NCBI GenBank assembly: GCA_964563155.1
Contig: CAZLVL010000001.1
Coordinates: 46,121 to 78,120, forward strand
Reading direction: 5' to 3'
Length of the DNA: 32,000 nucleotides
Source: an uncultured Clostridiaceae bacterium
GTDB lineage: Bacteria; Bacillota; Clostridia; DUPQ01
Of the stretch, positions 17,517-25,287 are shown piece after piece (positions within the stretch are counted from its first letter, which is position 1; every line of letters begins with the position of its first letter). The position numbers were made by a program, and so were the translations under genes. The notes beneath the pieces are model-generated. The model was not told where the DNA came from. It saw nothing but the letters and a program-made list of their open reading frames with translations, and did no database searches.

Positions 17517-17538
17517 AGGAAGATATAAACATCTTCCT
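17517..17538. promoter_or_regulatory. perfect 8-bp inverted repeat AGGAAGAT-N6-ATCTTCCT in the leader of the GH20b-like gene
   Basis: Seen directly, 41 nt upstream of ATG 17476. It could be an operator or an RNA hairpin. Confidence 0.3.
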
Positions 17539-17588
17539 ACTTTTAATTTTCTTATATACAAACAATAATCTTAGTAAAATACAAGTTA

Positions 17589-18077
17589 ATGATAGGCTTT
17601 ATCCATAAAGAAAAAACAAGTGCTTCAATGGCACAAACCTATGACTATCTACAAGAGATATTAGGAATAGAAGACTTTTGCTATCTCTTTCCTGTAACGC
17701 TTGTAGACAGAGGAGTAGAATTTGAAAGGTATGATCTTTTTGAAAAGGACAAAGATAATCTACAAAGGACCATAATGTTTTACTGTGATCCAATGAATGC
17801 CAGTCAAAAACCACATGTGGAAAACAACCATAATTATGTGAGAGATATACTACCAAACCAATATAACTGGGACAATCTCACACAAGAAGATTTAAATTTG
17901 GTCTTTTCCCACATTAATTCTGCTCCAAGAAAAAGCCTTGGCGACAAGACACCATTTGAAACCTTCAGCTTTTTCCATAATCCAGAGATATTGAGAAAGC
18001 TCAATATCAAAGAAATTGAAAGAGATAAGGTCGTACTAAAACCTAGTCTCCTTCCTCACATCAAGAAGTTAAGATAG
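17589..18077 (+). pseudogene. truncated IS30-family-like DDE transposase (C-terminal about 160 aa only)
   Basis: TLVDRGVEFERY aligns with the DNGxEF region. MFYCDPMNASQKPHVENNHNYVRDILP aligns with the YAxPYxSWERGxNENxNGLIR region. NSAPRKSLGDKTPFETF aligns with NxRPRKxLGxKTPxEVF. An in-frame stop lies immediately upstream, and the N-terminal HTH and first catalytic Asp are missing. Confidence 0.6.
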
Positions 18078-18472
18078 CTCACTTGATGTAGCACCCCTCA
18101 TAAAGAGGAACGATTAAGTACTTTGGGAGCCATATAGTCCTTATGCCGCAATCGGAATTTAGTCTTTCATGTTTGTGAAATCACACTTTCCGAAGCGTAT
18201 TTTTCTATGCTTTCAAATACTTATGCAAGGCAACTATATACTTAATTTAAAAAAATGACAATGCCTTTTTCCGCCAACTTTGTCATTTTCAATTAAATTA
18301 GCTATTAAAACCTGCAGTTAATCTTGCATTTGTGTTATTGTATTAATACTGGAATTTATTTTTTCAATTTACCTTTTTGACAATAAACTTTATAAAATAT
18401 TGAATTTATCTTTTTTTAGGAAAAATGTAGTACAATAACTTTTGTATTTATTTGTTGTGAGGAGAAAAAACA

Positions 18473-18802
18473 ATGACAAAAGTAAAAATCGATCCTGGTA
18501 TCTGTAACCTTTTAACCTCAGTAGTAGCCACTTCTGAAGATGGAATGGATGTAACCTTAAAAGTAAAATCTGCATGTATTGATATTAATAATATGTTCAA
18601 AGAAATTGGTACAACCTTTGATGCCTTTGAGCTATGCTTGTCAAAACCTGGAGCAGGCCCTTTATATGAATATGCAAAGGAACATTTCCCAGGTCATTGT
18701 GCTTGTCCAGCTATTGCTGGGATTATAAAAGCAGCTGAGGTGGAATGCAATCTAGCTCTTCCCAAAGATGCCACCATTACTTTTGTAAAAGAAGAAGCGT
18801 AA
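18473..18802 (+). CDS. small cysteine-rich protein of unknown function (109 aa, 6 Cys)
   Basis: A strong SD (GAGGAG) lies 8 nt before the ATG. Cys residues are at PGICNL, SACID, ELCLS, GHCACP and VECNL. No TM segment or signal peptide. Confidence 0.6.
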   Translation: MTKVKIDPGICNLLTSVVATSEDGMDVTLKVKSACIDINNMFKEIGTTFDAFELCLSKPGAGPLYEYAKEHFPGHCACPAIAGIIKAAEVECNLALPKDATITFVKEEA

Positions 18803-18809
18803 AAGGAGC

Positions 18810-19220
18810 TTAAAGAAAGTAGTCCTTAAGTCTCTTGACAATAGGAAGATCAGCACCAGCCCAATCTAAGCTATCTAGTTGATTATGAGAAAGCCATATA
18901 TGATCTATGTGGTCTTTTCTTTTAAAAGAAAAGTTTTCTAACCTACATAAATAAGCATGTAGCCGTATAGTAAAGTCAGGATATTGATGCTCTACAACCA
19001 TGAAAGATTCTATGCTTTTAGATAAGAGATTTAGGTCTATGTCCATTTCCTCTTTTAGTTCTCTTTTTAGAGCCTCTAAAGGAATTTCCTTTTCTTCAAT
19101 TTTTCCCCCTGGAAATTCAAACTTGTATGAAATGTAATCATACTTATCCTTAGGTCTTTGCATACATAAGATCTTGTCATCTACCACTATAATTGCTGCT
19201 ACAACCTTTATATATTTCAT
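18810..19220 (-). CDS. NUDIX hydrolase (MutT-like)
   Basis: 136 aa with a canonical Nudix box: GGKIEEKEIPLEALKRELKEEMDI. Confidence 0.88.
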   Translation of the reverse strand: MKYIKVVAAIIVVDDKILCMQRPKDKYDYISYKFEFPGGKIEEKEIPLEALKRELKEEMDIDLNLLSKSIESFMVVEHQYPDFTIRLHAYLCRLENFSFKRKDHIDHIWLSHNQLDSLDWAGADLPIVKRLKDYFL

Positions 19221-19364
19221 ATTTCTTATCTTTCTGGTCTCTCTTGTTTTTCTTATTTTCCTTTTCTTTCTTCTTCCATATTCTATCCTTTTAATATCTC
19301 ATTTACTAGGTAATTGGTATTAAAGGAATTACTATCTCCCTAACATCATGTAAATTTAGCTGTC

Positions 19365-19393
19365 TTGAAGGAAGAAAAGTAAAACACTATAAT
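19365..19393 (+). promoter_or_regulatory. promoter upstream of the ArsC/Spx-family gene (TTGAAG -17 nt- TATAAT)
   Basis: TTGAAG lies at 19365-19370 and TATAAT at 19388-19393. Confidence 0.45.
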
Positions 19394-19458
19394 GTATATA
19401 AAAAGAAATTTGTTTAGGAGGAGCATGAAGAGTTTGTAACTGCTTCATATGAAAAATC

Positions 19459-19815
19459 ATGTTATTTATATGTTATTCCCGCTGTTCCACTTGTAAAAAG
19501 GCTGAAAACTGGCTAAACGTACATAATGTACATTTTAATAAAAGAGACATAAAGGAATATAATCCTTCCTTTGAAGAACTAAAAGTTTGGACAGAAAAAA
19601 GTAATCTTGATTTAAAAAGATTTTTTAATACCAGTGGCCTTATCTACAGGCAAATGGAATTAAAAGATAAAATACCTAGCATGAACAAAGATGAAATACT
19701 TAGGCTTTTAAGCACAGATGGCATGCTAGTTAAGCGTCCTCTTTTAATTGGGACTAACTTTGTTCTTGTAGGCTTTAATGAAAAAGAGTGGTCGGAAAAA
19801 CTCTTAAATCTATAG
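19459..19815 (+). CDS. ArsC/Spx-family thioredoxin-fold protein with an N-terminal CxxC
   Basis: 118 aa. MLFICYSRCSTCKKAENWL parallels the Spx/ArsC N-terminus, and LVKRPLLI parallels the conserved RRPIIx motif. Confidence 0.75.
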   Translation: MLFICYSRCSTCKKAENWLNVHNVHFNKRDIKEYNPSFEELKVWTEKSNLDLKRFFNTSGLIYRQMELKDKIPSMNKDEILRLLSTDGMLVKRPLLIGTNFVLVGFNEKEWSEKLLNL

Positions 19816-21147
19816 TCCTAAATCATTATTAAGTATTACAGCATCTCCTTGTGTTGAAGGCTTAAAGATTTTGTCTTCAAAACTAGTTCCATTAATATTT
19901 ACATAAGCCTTTCTACCTGGGGCAACCTTTATGAGAAGTTGACCATCTTCTCCCTTTAAGGTTACATTACTCAAGGTTACAAAGGTATCTTCATATTCAA
20001 TTCCTGGTGTTTCCACATGCCTTAAATTTATCTTGCTGCTACCTATATATGAGTTTGTAAGCTTTATATTGTTAGCAAGAGTCCTAATACCTATAAGGTC
20101 TTCTATCTTGTTTTGCACATAAATATTTTCAAAAGAAATGTTTTCACTAGCTGTGGCCTTACTATTAGGATAATAGCTTCTTGAATATTCATTTTTATCA
20201 TAGGTAAAAGAAAAGGCAGTGTGTCTTTCTTTTTGTAGAAAAATATTTCTAAAGGTAACATTTTTCACAGCACAGCTTTCCACAACCTCTCTATCTTGAA
20301 GCATTACCCACAAGATGCCATCATGTTCTACTGTACCTTCTTCGTGACTTGGAGGTGTCTTTGAGATATAGGTTTTTTTGTCATGGGTCATATTAACCCT
20401 ATAGATCCTATCATTATGAATAACTGCATCTCCTTGTTGTACTTCCATGTTCTCAAACCAGTGACACCAAGAACCTGCTAGCAATCTGCAAAAGTAGCCA
20501 ACTGTTTTATCTTGGGCTAAATCATAGCAATCTTCAATAAGCCCATTGGTTATATCTCCCAACTCTGCAGCTGCAGAGACATAGTTGTGGGCATTTAAGG
20601 CTATAGGATCATCAAAGGTTTTAAAGATACAGTGACGAATGGTAAACTTGTCCCCTTTACTTAAATGTATTCCATCTTTTAGGCCGTATACTAATATATT
20701 TTCCATAAGAAGGTTTTCAAAGGTGCAAAACTGGAAGCAAAAACTATATTCCATCAGGTCTTTACACTTAAAGTCCCTTATCACTATATTTTTAGCATAG
20801 AAAAAGCAAATCTGACCTCTAAGACCTAAGACCAAGTCCCCTTCTTTACTGTTAAAGCCATTACACATAAGGTTGAGTCCAGTGATAGTGATATTCTCAT
20901 CATATTCTTTTGTCTTTGCTCCCTTGTTTAAAAAGACATAGCCTCTTTGTCCAGTTCTTCTTAGGTAGACCTTATGTCCAAAAATTAATTCTGTGTTAGA
21001 AGAGATATAAAGAGTGTCATCAATGTCATAGATTCCTGGTTTTTCTATTCTGATGCTTCCTTCTTGGTCTAAAAGCCTTTGAAACGCTACCCTGTTATCT
21101 GAACTCTTGTTTCCAGGCATAAACCCAAATTCATTTGCATTTACCAT
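19810..21147 (-). CDS. right-handed parallel beta-helix (pectate-lyase-fold, GH28-like) protein, cytoplasmic
   Basis: Repeated beta-helix rungs are visible: NITITGLNLMCNG, KNIVIRDFKCKD, ENILVYGLKDGIHL, FTIRHCIFKTFDDPIALNA, VKNVTFRNIFL, ENISFENIYVQN, NNIKLTNSYIG and VTLSNVTLKG. The start is set at ATG 21147 after AAGGAGA. No signal peptide. Confidence 0.6.
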   Translation of the reverse strand: MVNANEFGFMPGNKSSDNRVAFQRLLDQEGSIRIEKPGIYDIDDTLYISSNTELIFGHKVYLRRTGQRGYVFLNKGAKTKEYDENITITGLNLMCNGFNSKEGDLVLGLRGQICFFYAKNIVIRDFKCKDLMEYSFCFQFCTFENLLMENILVYGLKDGIHLSKGDKFTIRHCIFKTFDDPIALNAHNYVSAAAELGDITNGLIEDCYDLAQDKTVGYFCRLLAGSWCHWFENMEVQQGDAVIHNDRIYRVNMTHDKKTYISKTPPSHEEGTVEHDGILWVMLQDREVVESCAVKNVTFRNIFLQKERHTAFSFTYDKNEYSRSYYPNSKATASENISFENIYVQNKIEDLIGIRTLANNIKLTNSYIGSSKINLRHVETPGIEYEDTFVTLSNVTLKGEDGQLLIKVAPGRKAYVNINGTSFEDKIFKPSTQGDAVILNNDLGL

Positions 21148-21347
21148 AATATTCTCCTTTAGCATCTATCTTTTTCTTTCTATTCCTATCTTAGTGCAGG
21201 CCTAAGTCCATGTAAAGGATAAAGAAGAACTTGAGTAAGAAGATTGCCTTAAGCAAAAAAACAAAATCAAAACAGATTAGATATTAAGTCCTTACTATAT
21301 TTAAAAAGAGTCTGTCATAACTTATCTATTCATAATATAATTGGGAT

Positions 21348-22445
21348 ATGGATTATAGAAATAGATTTTTAAAAATAGTAAATTTTCAAGACACTGATAG
21401 ACCTCCCATTGATTTTAATGGCACCGCCTTAACGTCTTTTCATGAGGTTTTTATTAAAGACTTCATAAAGTATCTGAATTTAGATGCTTGGACTTTAGAT
21501 GAAGCAATTGAAAAGATTATGCAAATCTATGATATAGATTTTAGAAGAGTGGGAGTTTTATTCAAACCTCAGTCATTATTGGCAGACTACTCTAAAAGAA
21601 GTCAGGGAAAATATACAGACCCTTGGGGTATAAAGTGGAAGCTTTTTGGGTATTATTGGGAGATTGTAAATAATCCTCTTAAGGATGCCAGTTTTGAAGA
21701 AATCAAAAACTTCCCTTGGCCTGATGCCTCTCAAATTGACATGAAACTCTTAACCAACCATGTAAACAAGGCAAAACACCTCTATTACGAAACTGATTAT
21801 GTGGTAGTTGCAGAGCATCCTGTCTATGGCTACTTTGAATTAGGATGTTGGATGTTTGGCTTTGATGATTTTCTTTACAGGATAGCTGCTGAGCCAGAAG
21901 TGGTTACCTGGTTTTTTGAAAACTATCACAAGTACGTTACAGATATAAATGAAATATATTATGGCAAATTAGGTAAATATGCCCACCTTACAACCTCCGG
22001 TGATGACTTTGGAATGCAAAACGGTCCCTTTTTATCTCCAGACATGTTTGAAGAAATGGTTATGCCCTGGTATAAAAAAAGGATTGACCAGGTAAAATCC
22101 CTGGCTGATATCAAATACTTCCACCACTCTTGTGGCTCTGTATATAGGTTGATGGATAAGATAATTGAAATGGGCGTAGACATCTTAAATCCTATACAAC
22201 CAGGTACCGCAGATATGGAGCCTGAACGCTTAAAGAAACAATATGGAGATAAGCTTGTTTTTTGGGGTGGCATTGATGAACAAAAACTCTTAGCCCAAGG
22301 AAAACCTGAAGATATAAAAAAGGAAGTTAGAAGAATAGCTGAACTAATGAGCATAAACGGAGGATATGTTATGGCAGCCTCTCACAATATACAACCAGAT
22401 GTACCCGCTGAAAACATAGATGCCATGCTAAAAGCCCTTTTGTAG
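21348..22445 (+). CDS. uroporphyrinogen decarboxylase (URO-D) superfamily protein, MT2/MtaA-like, paralog 2
   Basis: 365 aa. The N-terminus is YRNRFLKIVNFQDTDRPP, with SGDDFGMQ, HSCG in YFHHSCGSV, and the C-terminal AASHNIQPDVP. Confidence 0.75.
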   Translation: MDYRNRFLKIVNFQDTDRPPIDFNGTALTSFHEVFIKDFIKYLNLDAWTLDEAIEKIMQIYDIDFRRVGVLFKPQSLLADYSKRSQGKYTDPWGIKWKLFGYYWEIVNNPLKDASFEEIKNFPWPDASQIDMKLLTNHVNKAKHLYYETDYVVVAEHPVYGYFELGCWMFGFDDFLYRIAAEPEVVTWFFENYHKYVTDINEIYYGKLGKYAHLTTSGDDFGMQNGPFLSPDMFEEMVMPWYKKRIDQVKSLADIKYFHHSCGSVYRLMDKIIEMGVDILNPIQPGTADMEPERLKKQYGDKLVFWGGIDEQKLLAQGKPEDIKKEVRRIAELMSINGGYVMAASHNIQPDVPAENIDAMLKALL

Positions 22446-22540
22446 ATCATAAATAATTTCTTGCTTTTTGATTTTTTTATATATATAATCTGCCTAAGAT
22501 AGGTATCCTGATAAAGGAACTGAAGCGGAGGTAACTTAAT

Positions 22541-23305
22541 ATGAAAACACGTAAAATAACCATAGCGGGCATAATGGGTGCATTATGTATAGTCATGGCC
22601 TTGACGCCGATAGGGTACATACCCATTGGACCAACAAAAGCCACAATCATTCACATTCCAGTAATAGTAGCTGCAATATTAGAAGGACCACTAGTAGGTT
22701 CTATAGTAGGACTGATATTTGGTTTATCCAGTATTTTAAATGCCCTAATATTTCCTACTGTAACATCCTATGTCTTTTTCAATCCCTTGGTATCTGTAGT
22801 GCCTAGAATCTTAGTAGGTCTTGTGGCCTATTTAGTATTTGCACTTTTCAAGAAAATGAAAAAGCCCCTTTCTGTAACCCTTTTAACCCTAATGCTATTT
22901 TCCATTGCCTATTACCTATTGAACCAGGCAATAAATAATTTCCAAGATAGCAATATATTTTATGCCATCTTTAACATCTTTCTCTTGCTTTTGGTTTTTG
23001 GAGCACAGATTTACACTATTTTAAACTATGATTCCAAAAACTTTGCAGTAGCAATTTCTTCTGCCCTAGCAACCTTAACCAATACAGTCTTGGTTCTTAC
23101 CATGATTGGAGTCTTTTATGGGGGTGAATGGGTAGCAAAAATTGGTGTTGACCCCTCCACTGCCAAAGACTTTTTAATTGGCATAGGAGTAGCAAATGGC
23201 ATACCAGAAACAGTAGCTGCTGTTATTATTTCTTCAGTTGTGGTTGAAGCTTTACGAAAACTAGTTTACAAAGAAAAAAGCCCCGACCCCAAAATTGAAG
23301 CTTAA
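22541..23305 (+). CDS. ECF-transporter substrate-specific (S) component-like membrane protein, solitary
   Basis: 254 aa and polytopic. The N-terminal pattern ITIAGIMGALCIVMALTPIGYIPIGPTKATIIHIPVIVAAILEGPLVG is typical of ECF S components. No EcfA/EcfT genes are adjacent. It is longer than typical S components. Confidence 0.55.
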   Translation: MKTRKITIAGIMGALCIVMALTPIGYIPIGPTKATIIHIPVIVAAILEGPLVGSIVGLIFGLSSILNALIFPTVTSYVFFNPLVSVVPRILVGLVAYLVFALFKKMKKPLSVTLLTLMLFSIAYYLLNQAINNFQDSNIFYAIFNIFLLLLVFGAQIYTILNYDSKNFAVAISSALATLTNTVLVLTMIGVFYGGEWVAKIGVDPSTAKDFLIGIGVANGIPETVAAVIISSVVVEALRKLVYKEKSPDPKIEA

Positions 23306-23350
23306 AGGCTTTTTTGTTTCCATACGACAATAGGTCGTATGCTTAAATAT

Positions 23351-23376
23351 GGGCCGACATTAGTCGGCCCTTTTTT
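23351..23376 (+). terminator. GC-rich intrinsic terminator after the S-component gene; also abuts the stop of the convergent gene
   Basis: GGGCCGAC, loop ATTA, GTCGGCCC, followed by TTTTTT. A second hairpin, CATACGAC-AATAG-GTCGTATG, lies at 23321-23341. Confidence 0.8.
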
Positions 23377-23377
23377 A

Positions 23378-23800
23378 CTACTTAATTAGTGTTATATGTC
23401 CTACAAAAGGTATTGGAACTTGTTGTCCCTTAGAAGCATTTATCATACCTTTAATTACAAAGACCAAAACTAAAATTCCCCATACCCAACCTAAAAATCC
23501 AAAAATTCCTCCCAAGAAAGGTATGATTAGACCGAATATAAATCCTAAAATACCAAAAACTATAGGACCGGCTACTCCAGCTATTAACAATAGTAGACCT
23601 TGATTAGCATGAAATTTTCCTTCTTCGGTAACTGGTGTAGTTACTAAGGGTAAGAAAAACAGAATCCCTAAGTATGCAAGTATATTCATTATCTTGTTAT
23701 CTTGATTGCTTGCACTTGGTGTACTTCCTACTTTTGCTCCACATTTATCACAAAATTCTGCATTTTCATTTATTTCTTTTCCACATTGATTACATTTCAT
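23378..23800 (-). CDS. zinc-ribbon plus DUF4870-like membrane protein
   Basis: The N-terminus CNQCGKEINENAEFCDKCG is a CxxC-N10-CxxC zinc ribbon. It is followed by LAYLGILFFLPLV, FHANQGLLLL and Gly-rich TM helices. Confidence 0.7.
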   Translation of the reverse strand: MKCNQCGKEINENAEFCDKCGAKVGSTPSASNQDNKIMNILAYLGILFFLPLVTTPVTEEGKFHANQGLLLLIAGVAGPIVFGILGFIFGLIIPFLGGIFGFLGWVWGILVLVFVIKGMINASKGQQVPIPFVGHITLIK

Positions 23801-23991
23801 TTCTTCATATCTCCTTTTTAAATACTTAAAATCAAAGGGTCTAAAAGATAAACTATCTCCTTTTAAACTTTTTTGAATCCGTCTCTAGTACTCTAAAATT
23901 ACATTTATCTTCCATCTTTGTCAATATAAAGAGGAAAAAGAAGGGTTTTAATCCAATTTATGTCTATTTTTCCCTTCTTTTTACTTATTTT

Positions 23992-24056
23992 AGCTTATTT
24001 TATTTGTTTTAGCTTATTTTATTTGTTTTCTTTACTTATCTTATTTTATTTGTTTT
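23992..24056. repeat. T-rich tandem repeat: 19-mer AGCTTATTTTATTTGTTTT x2, plus a third copy with one mismatch after an 8-nt spacer
   Basis: Copies lie at 23992-24010, 24011-24029 and 24038-24056, in the intergenic region between yugP and the zinc-ribbon gene. Confidence 0.8.
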
Positions 24057-24082
24057 ATTTAATTTTCTTTTTTTTAATAATA

Positions 24083-24769
24083 TTATCTTCTATTACTTCT
24101 ATCTCTTATAAGAAGAAGCCTTATTAATTGGGCTACTCCACTGGCCATTGCTGCCACATAGGTAAGAGCTGCTGCATTTAAAACTTCTTTTGCGCCTTTT
24201 TTCTCACTTGTATTTATATAGCCTTGGTCTTCTAAAAGCACTAAAGCCCTATTACTAGCATTAAACTCTACAGGCAAAGTTATTATTTGAAAAAAGACCG
24301 CTAAAGCAAAGAGAATTATCCCTATATCTAATAAAATGCCAAGACTAGGTATTAAAAGTCCTCCCATTATAAATAACCAAGAAGCAGAAGATCCAAACCT
24401 AGCTACAGGAAAAATAGCATTTCTAAAAGAAAGGGGTACATAACCATTGGCATGTTGTATGGCATGGCCTACCTCATGGGCAGCAACACTGTTGGCTGCT
24501 ATGGTAGCACCAGAATAGACCTCAGGAGATAATCTTAGTATCTTTTTACTAGGATCATAATGGTCACTCAACTGACCTTGGCTTAGTTCTATGGGAATAT
24601 GGTTTAAGCCTTCTTTATCTAAAAGCATTCTGGCAACCTGAGCTCCACTATAGCCTTTTTGAGTTTGTACCTTTAGATACTTATTGAACTTTGATTTAAC
24701 CAAAGATTGGGCAACTAGGGTTAATATTATTGCTGGTATTAAGATAAGTAATGATGAATCAATAGGCAT
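24083..24769 (-). CDS. YugP-family membrane zinc metallopeptidase (Zn_peptidase_2)
   Basis: 228 aa with an HEVGHAIQH zincin motif, an N-terminal TM segment and C-terminal TM segments. Confidence 0.85.
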   Translation of the reverse strand: MPIDSSLLILIPAIILTLVAQSLVKSKFNKYLKVQTQKGYSGAQVARMLLDKEGLNHIPIELSQGQLSDHYDPSKKILRLSPEVYSGATIAANSVAAHEVGHAIQHANGYVPLSFRNAIFPVARFGSSASWLFIMGGLLIPSLGILLDIGIILFALAVFFQIITLPVEFNASNRALVLLEDQGYINTSEKKGAKEVLNAAALTYVAAMASGVAQLIRLLLIRDRSNRR

Positions 24770-24805
24770 TTATTTCCTCCTTGGATGGCTTGCGCCATAA
24801 ATTCT

Positions 24806-25252
24806 TTAATTTATTTTACTAATATTCCCATCAAGTCTATGAAATATATTCTTTATAATCTGCTTTTCCTCTTTTGTTATACCATAAGTTAAAGTCTTAA
24901 ATATATTATTTTGTGCCTCTTCTAATTTTAAAAGAGTAGCTTGTGCTTCTTTTGTTAGTATCAAGTGAATCCTTCTTTTGTCCTTTTTGTCAATATTTAG
25001 AAGAATGTAGCCTCTTTCTGACAAGGACTCTACCGACTTTGAAATCATAGACTTTGACATAACTCGGTATTGGCATATGTCTTTTGCTGTATCTAAAGTT
25101 GGATTATTATTCAAAAACAACAAAATGTCTATCTCGTTTTGGCTCAAAGATAAATCTTTTGAAATATTTTCAAAACCTTTTTCATAGGCCTTTTTAAGCC
25201 TCCATGAAAAACTTAAAAAAAGAGAAGAAATTTTTTTGTCACTAATAGCCAA
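24806..25252 (-). CDS. MarR-family transcriptional regulator
   Basis: It has a winged-HTH layout (LSQNEIDILLFLNNNP, SKSMISKSVESLSERGYI, DKRRIHLILT). I prefer the TTG at 25252, 8 nt after GGAGGTG; the ORF-track GTG at 25276 lies inside the putative operator. Confidence 0.82.
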   Translation of the reverse strand: MAISDKKISSLFLSFSWRLKKAYEKGFENISKDLSLSQNEIDILLFLNNNPTLDTAKDICQYRVMSKSMISKSVESLSERGYILLNIDKKDKRRIHLILTKEAQATLLKLEEAQNNIFKTLTYGITKEEKQIIKNIFHRLDGNISKIN

Positions 25253-25267
25253 TAAAGACACCTCCAC

Positions 25268-25287
25268 ATAGTTCACTATTGAACTAT
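25268..25287. promoter_or_regulatory. perfect palindrome ATAGTTCA-N4-TGAACTAT; candidate MarR autoregulatory operator
   Basis: It lies between the -10 and the SD of marR and overlaps the -10 by 2 nt. Confidence 0.4.

Noticed and set aside
18473-19220. Cys-rich small protein plus NUDIX hydrolase as a toxin-antitoxin or defence pair
   Set aside because: The genes are convergent, not co-transcribed. The NUDIX protein is an ordinary MutT-size enzyme, and no nuclease, ATPase or sensor partner is present.
19221-19300. Purine-rich minus-strand leader of the NUDIX gene, with a mini-ORF MEEERKGK preceded by AAGGA
   Set aside because: SD-like strings and short ORFs arise by chance in a purine-rich tract, and there is no supporting structure.
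21959-22354. 131-aa antisense ORF inside URO-D paralog 2, and similar antisense ORFs at 1771-2007, 2968-3265, 4864-5190, 7330-7641, 12422-12661, 13338-13541, 15636-15839, 16942-17175, 17599-17856, 18390-18575, 25564-25836, 26287-26502, 30474-30656 and 31475-31765
   Set aside because: Each lies wholly within or mostly opposite a CDS with clear family motifs. They lack an SD and have Ser/Leu/Phe-rich shadow-frame composition.
22446-22540. Possible riboswitch (preQ1, THI-box or cobalamin) upstream of the ECF S-component gene
   Set aside because: The leader after the predicted -10 is only about 50 nt. I could not fold a conserved riboswitch core or find its signature sequences.
23988-24060. Possible mini CRISPR array
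   Set aside because: The repeats are 19 nt, directly adjacent with no spacers, extremely AT-rich, and there are no cas genes.
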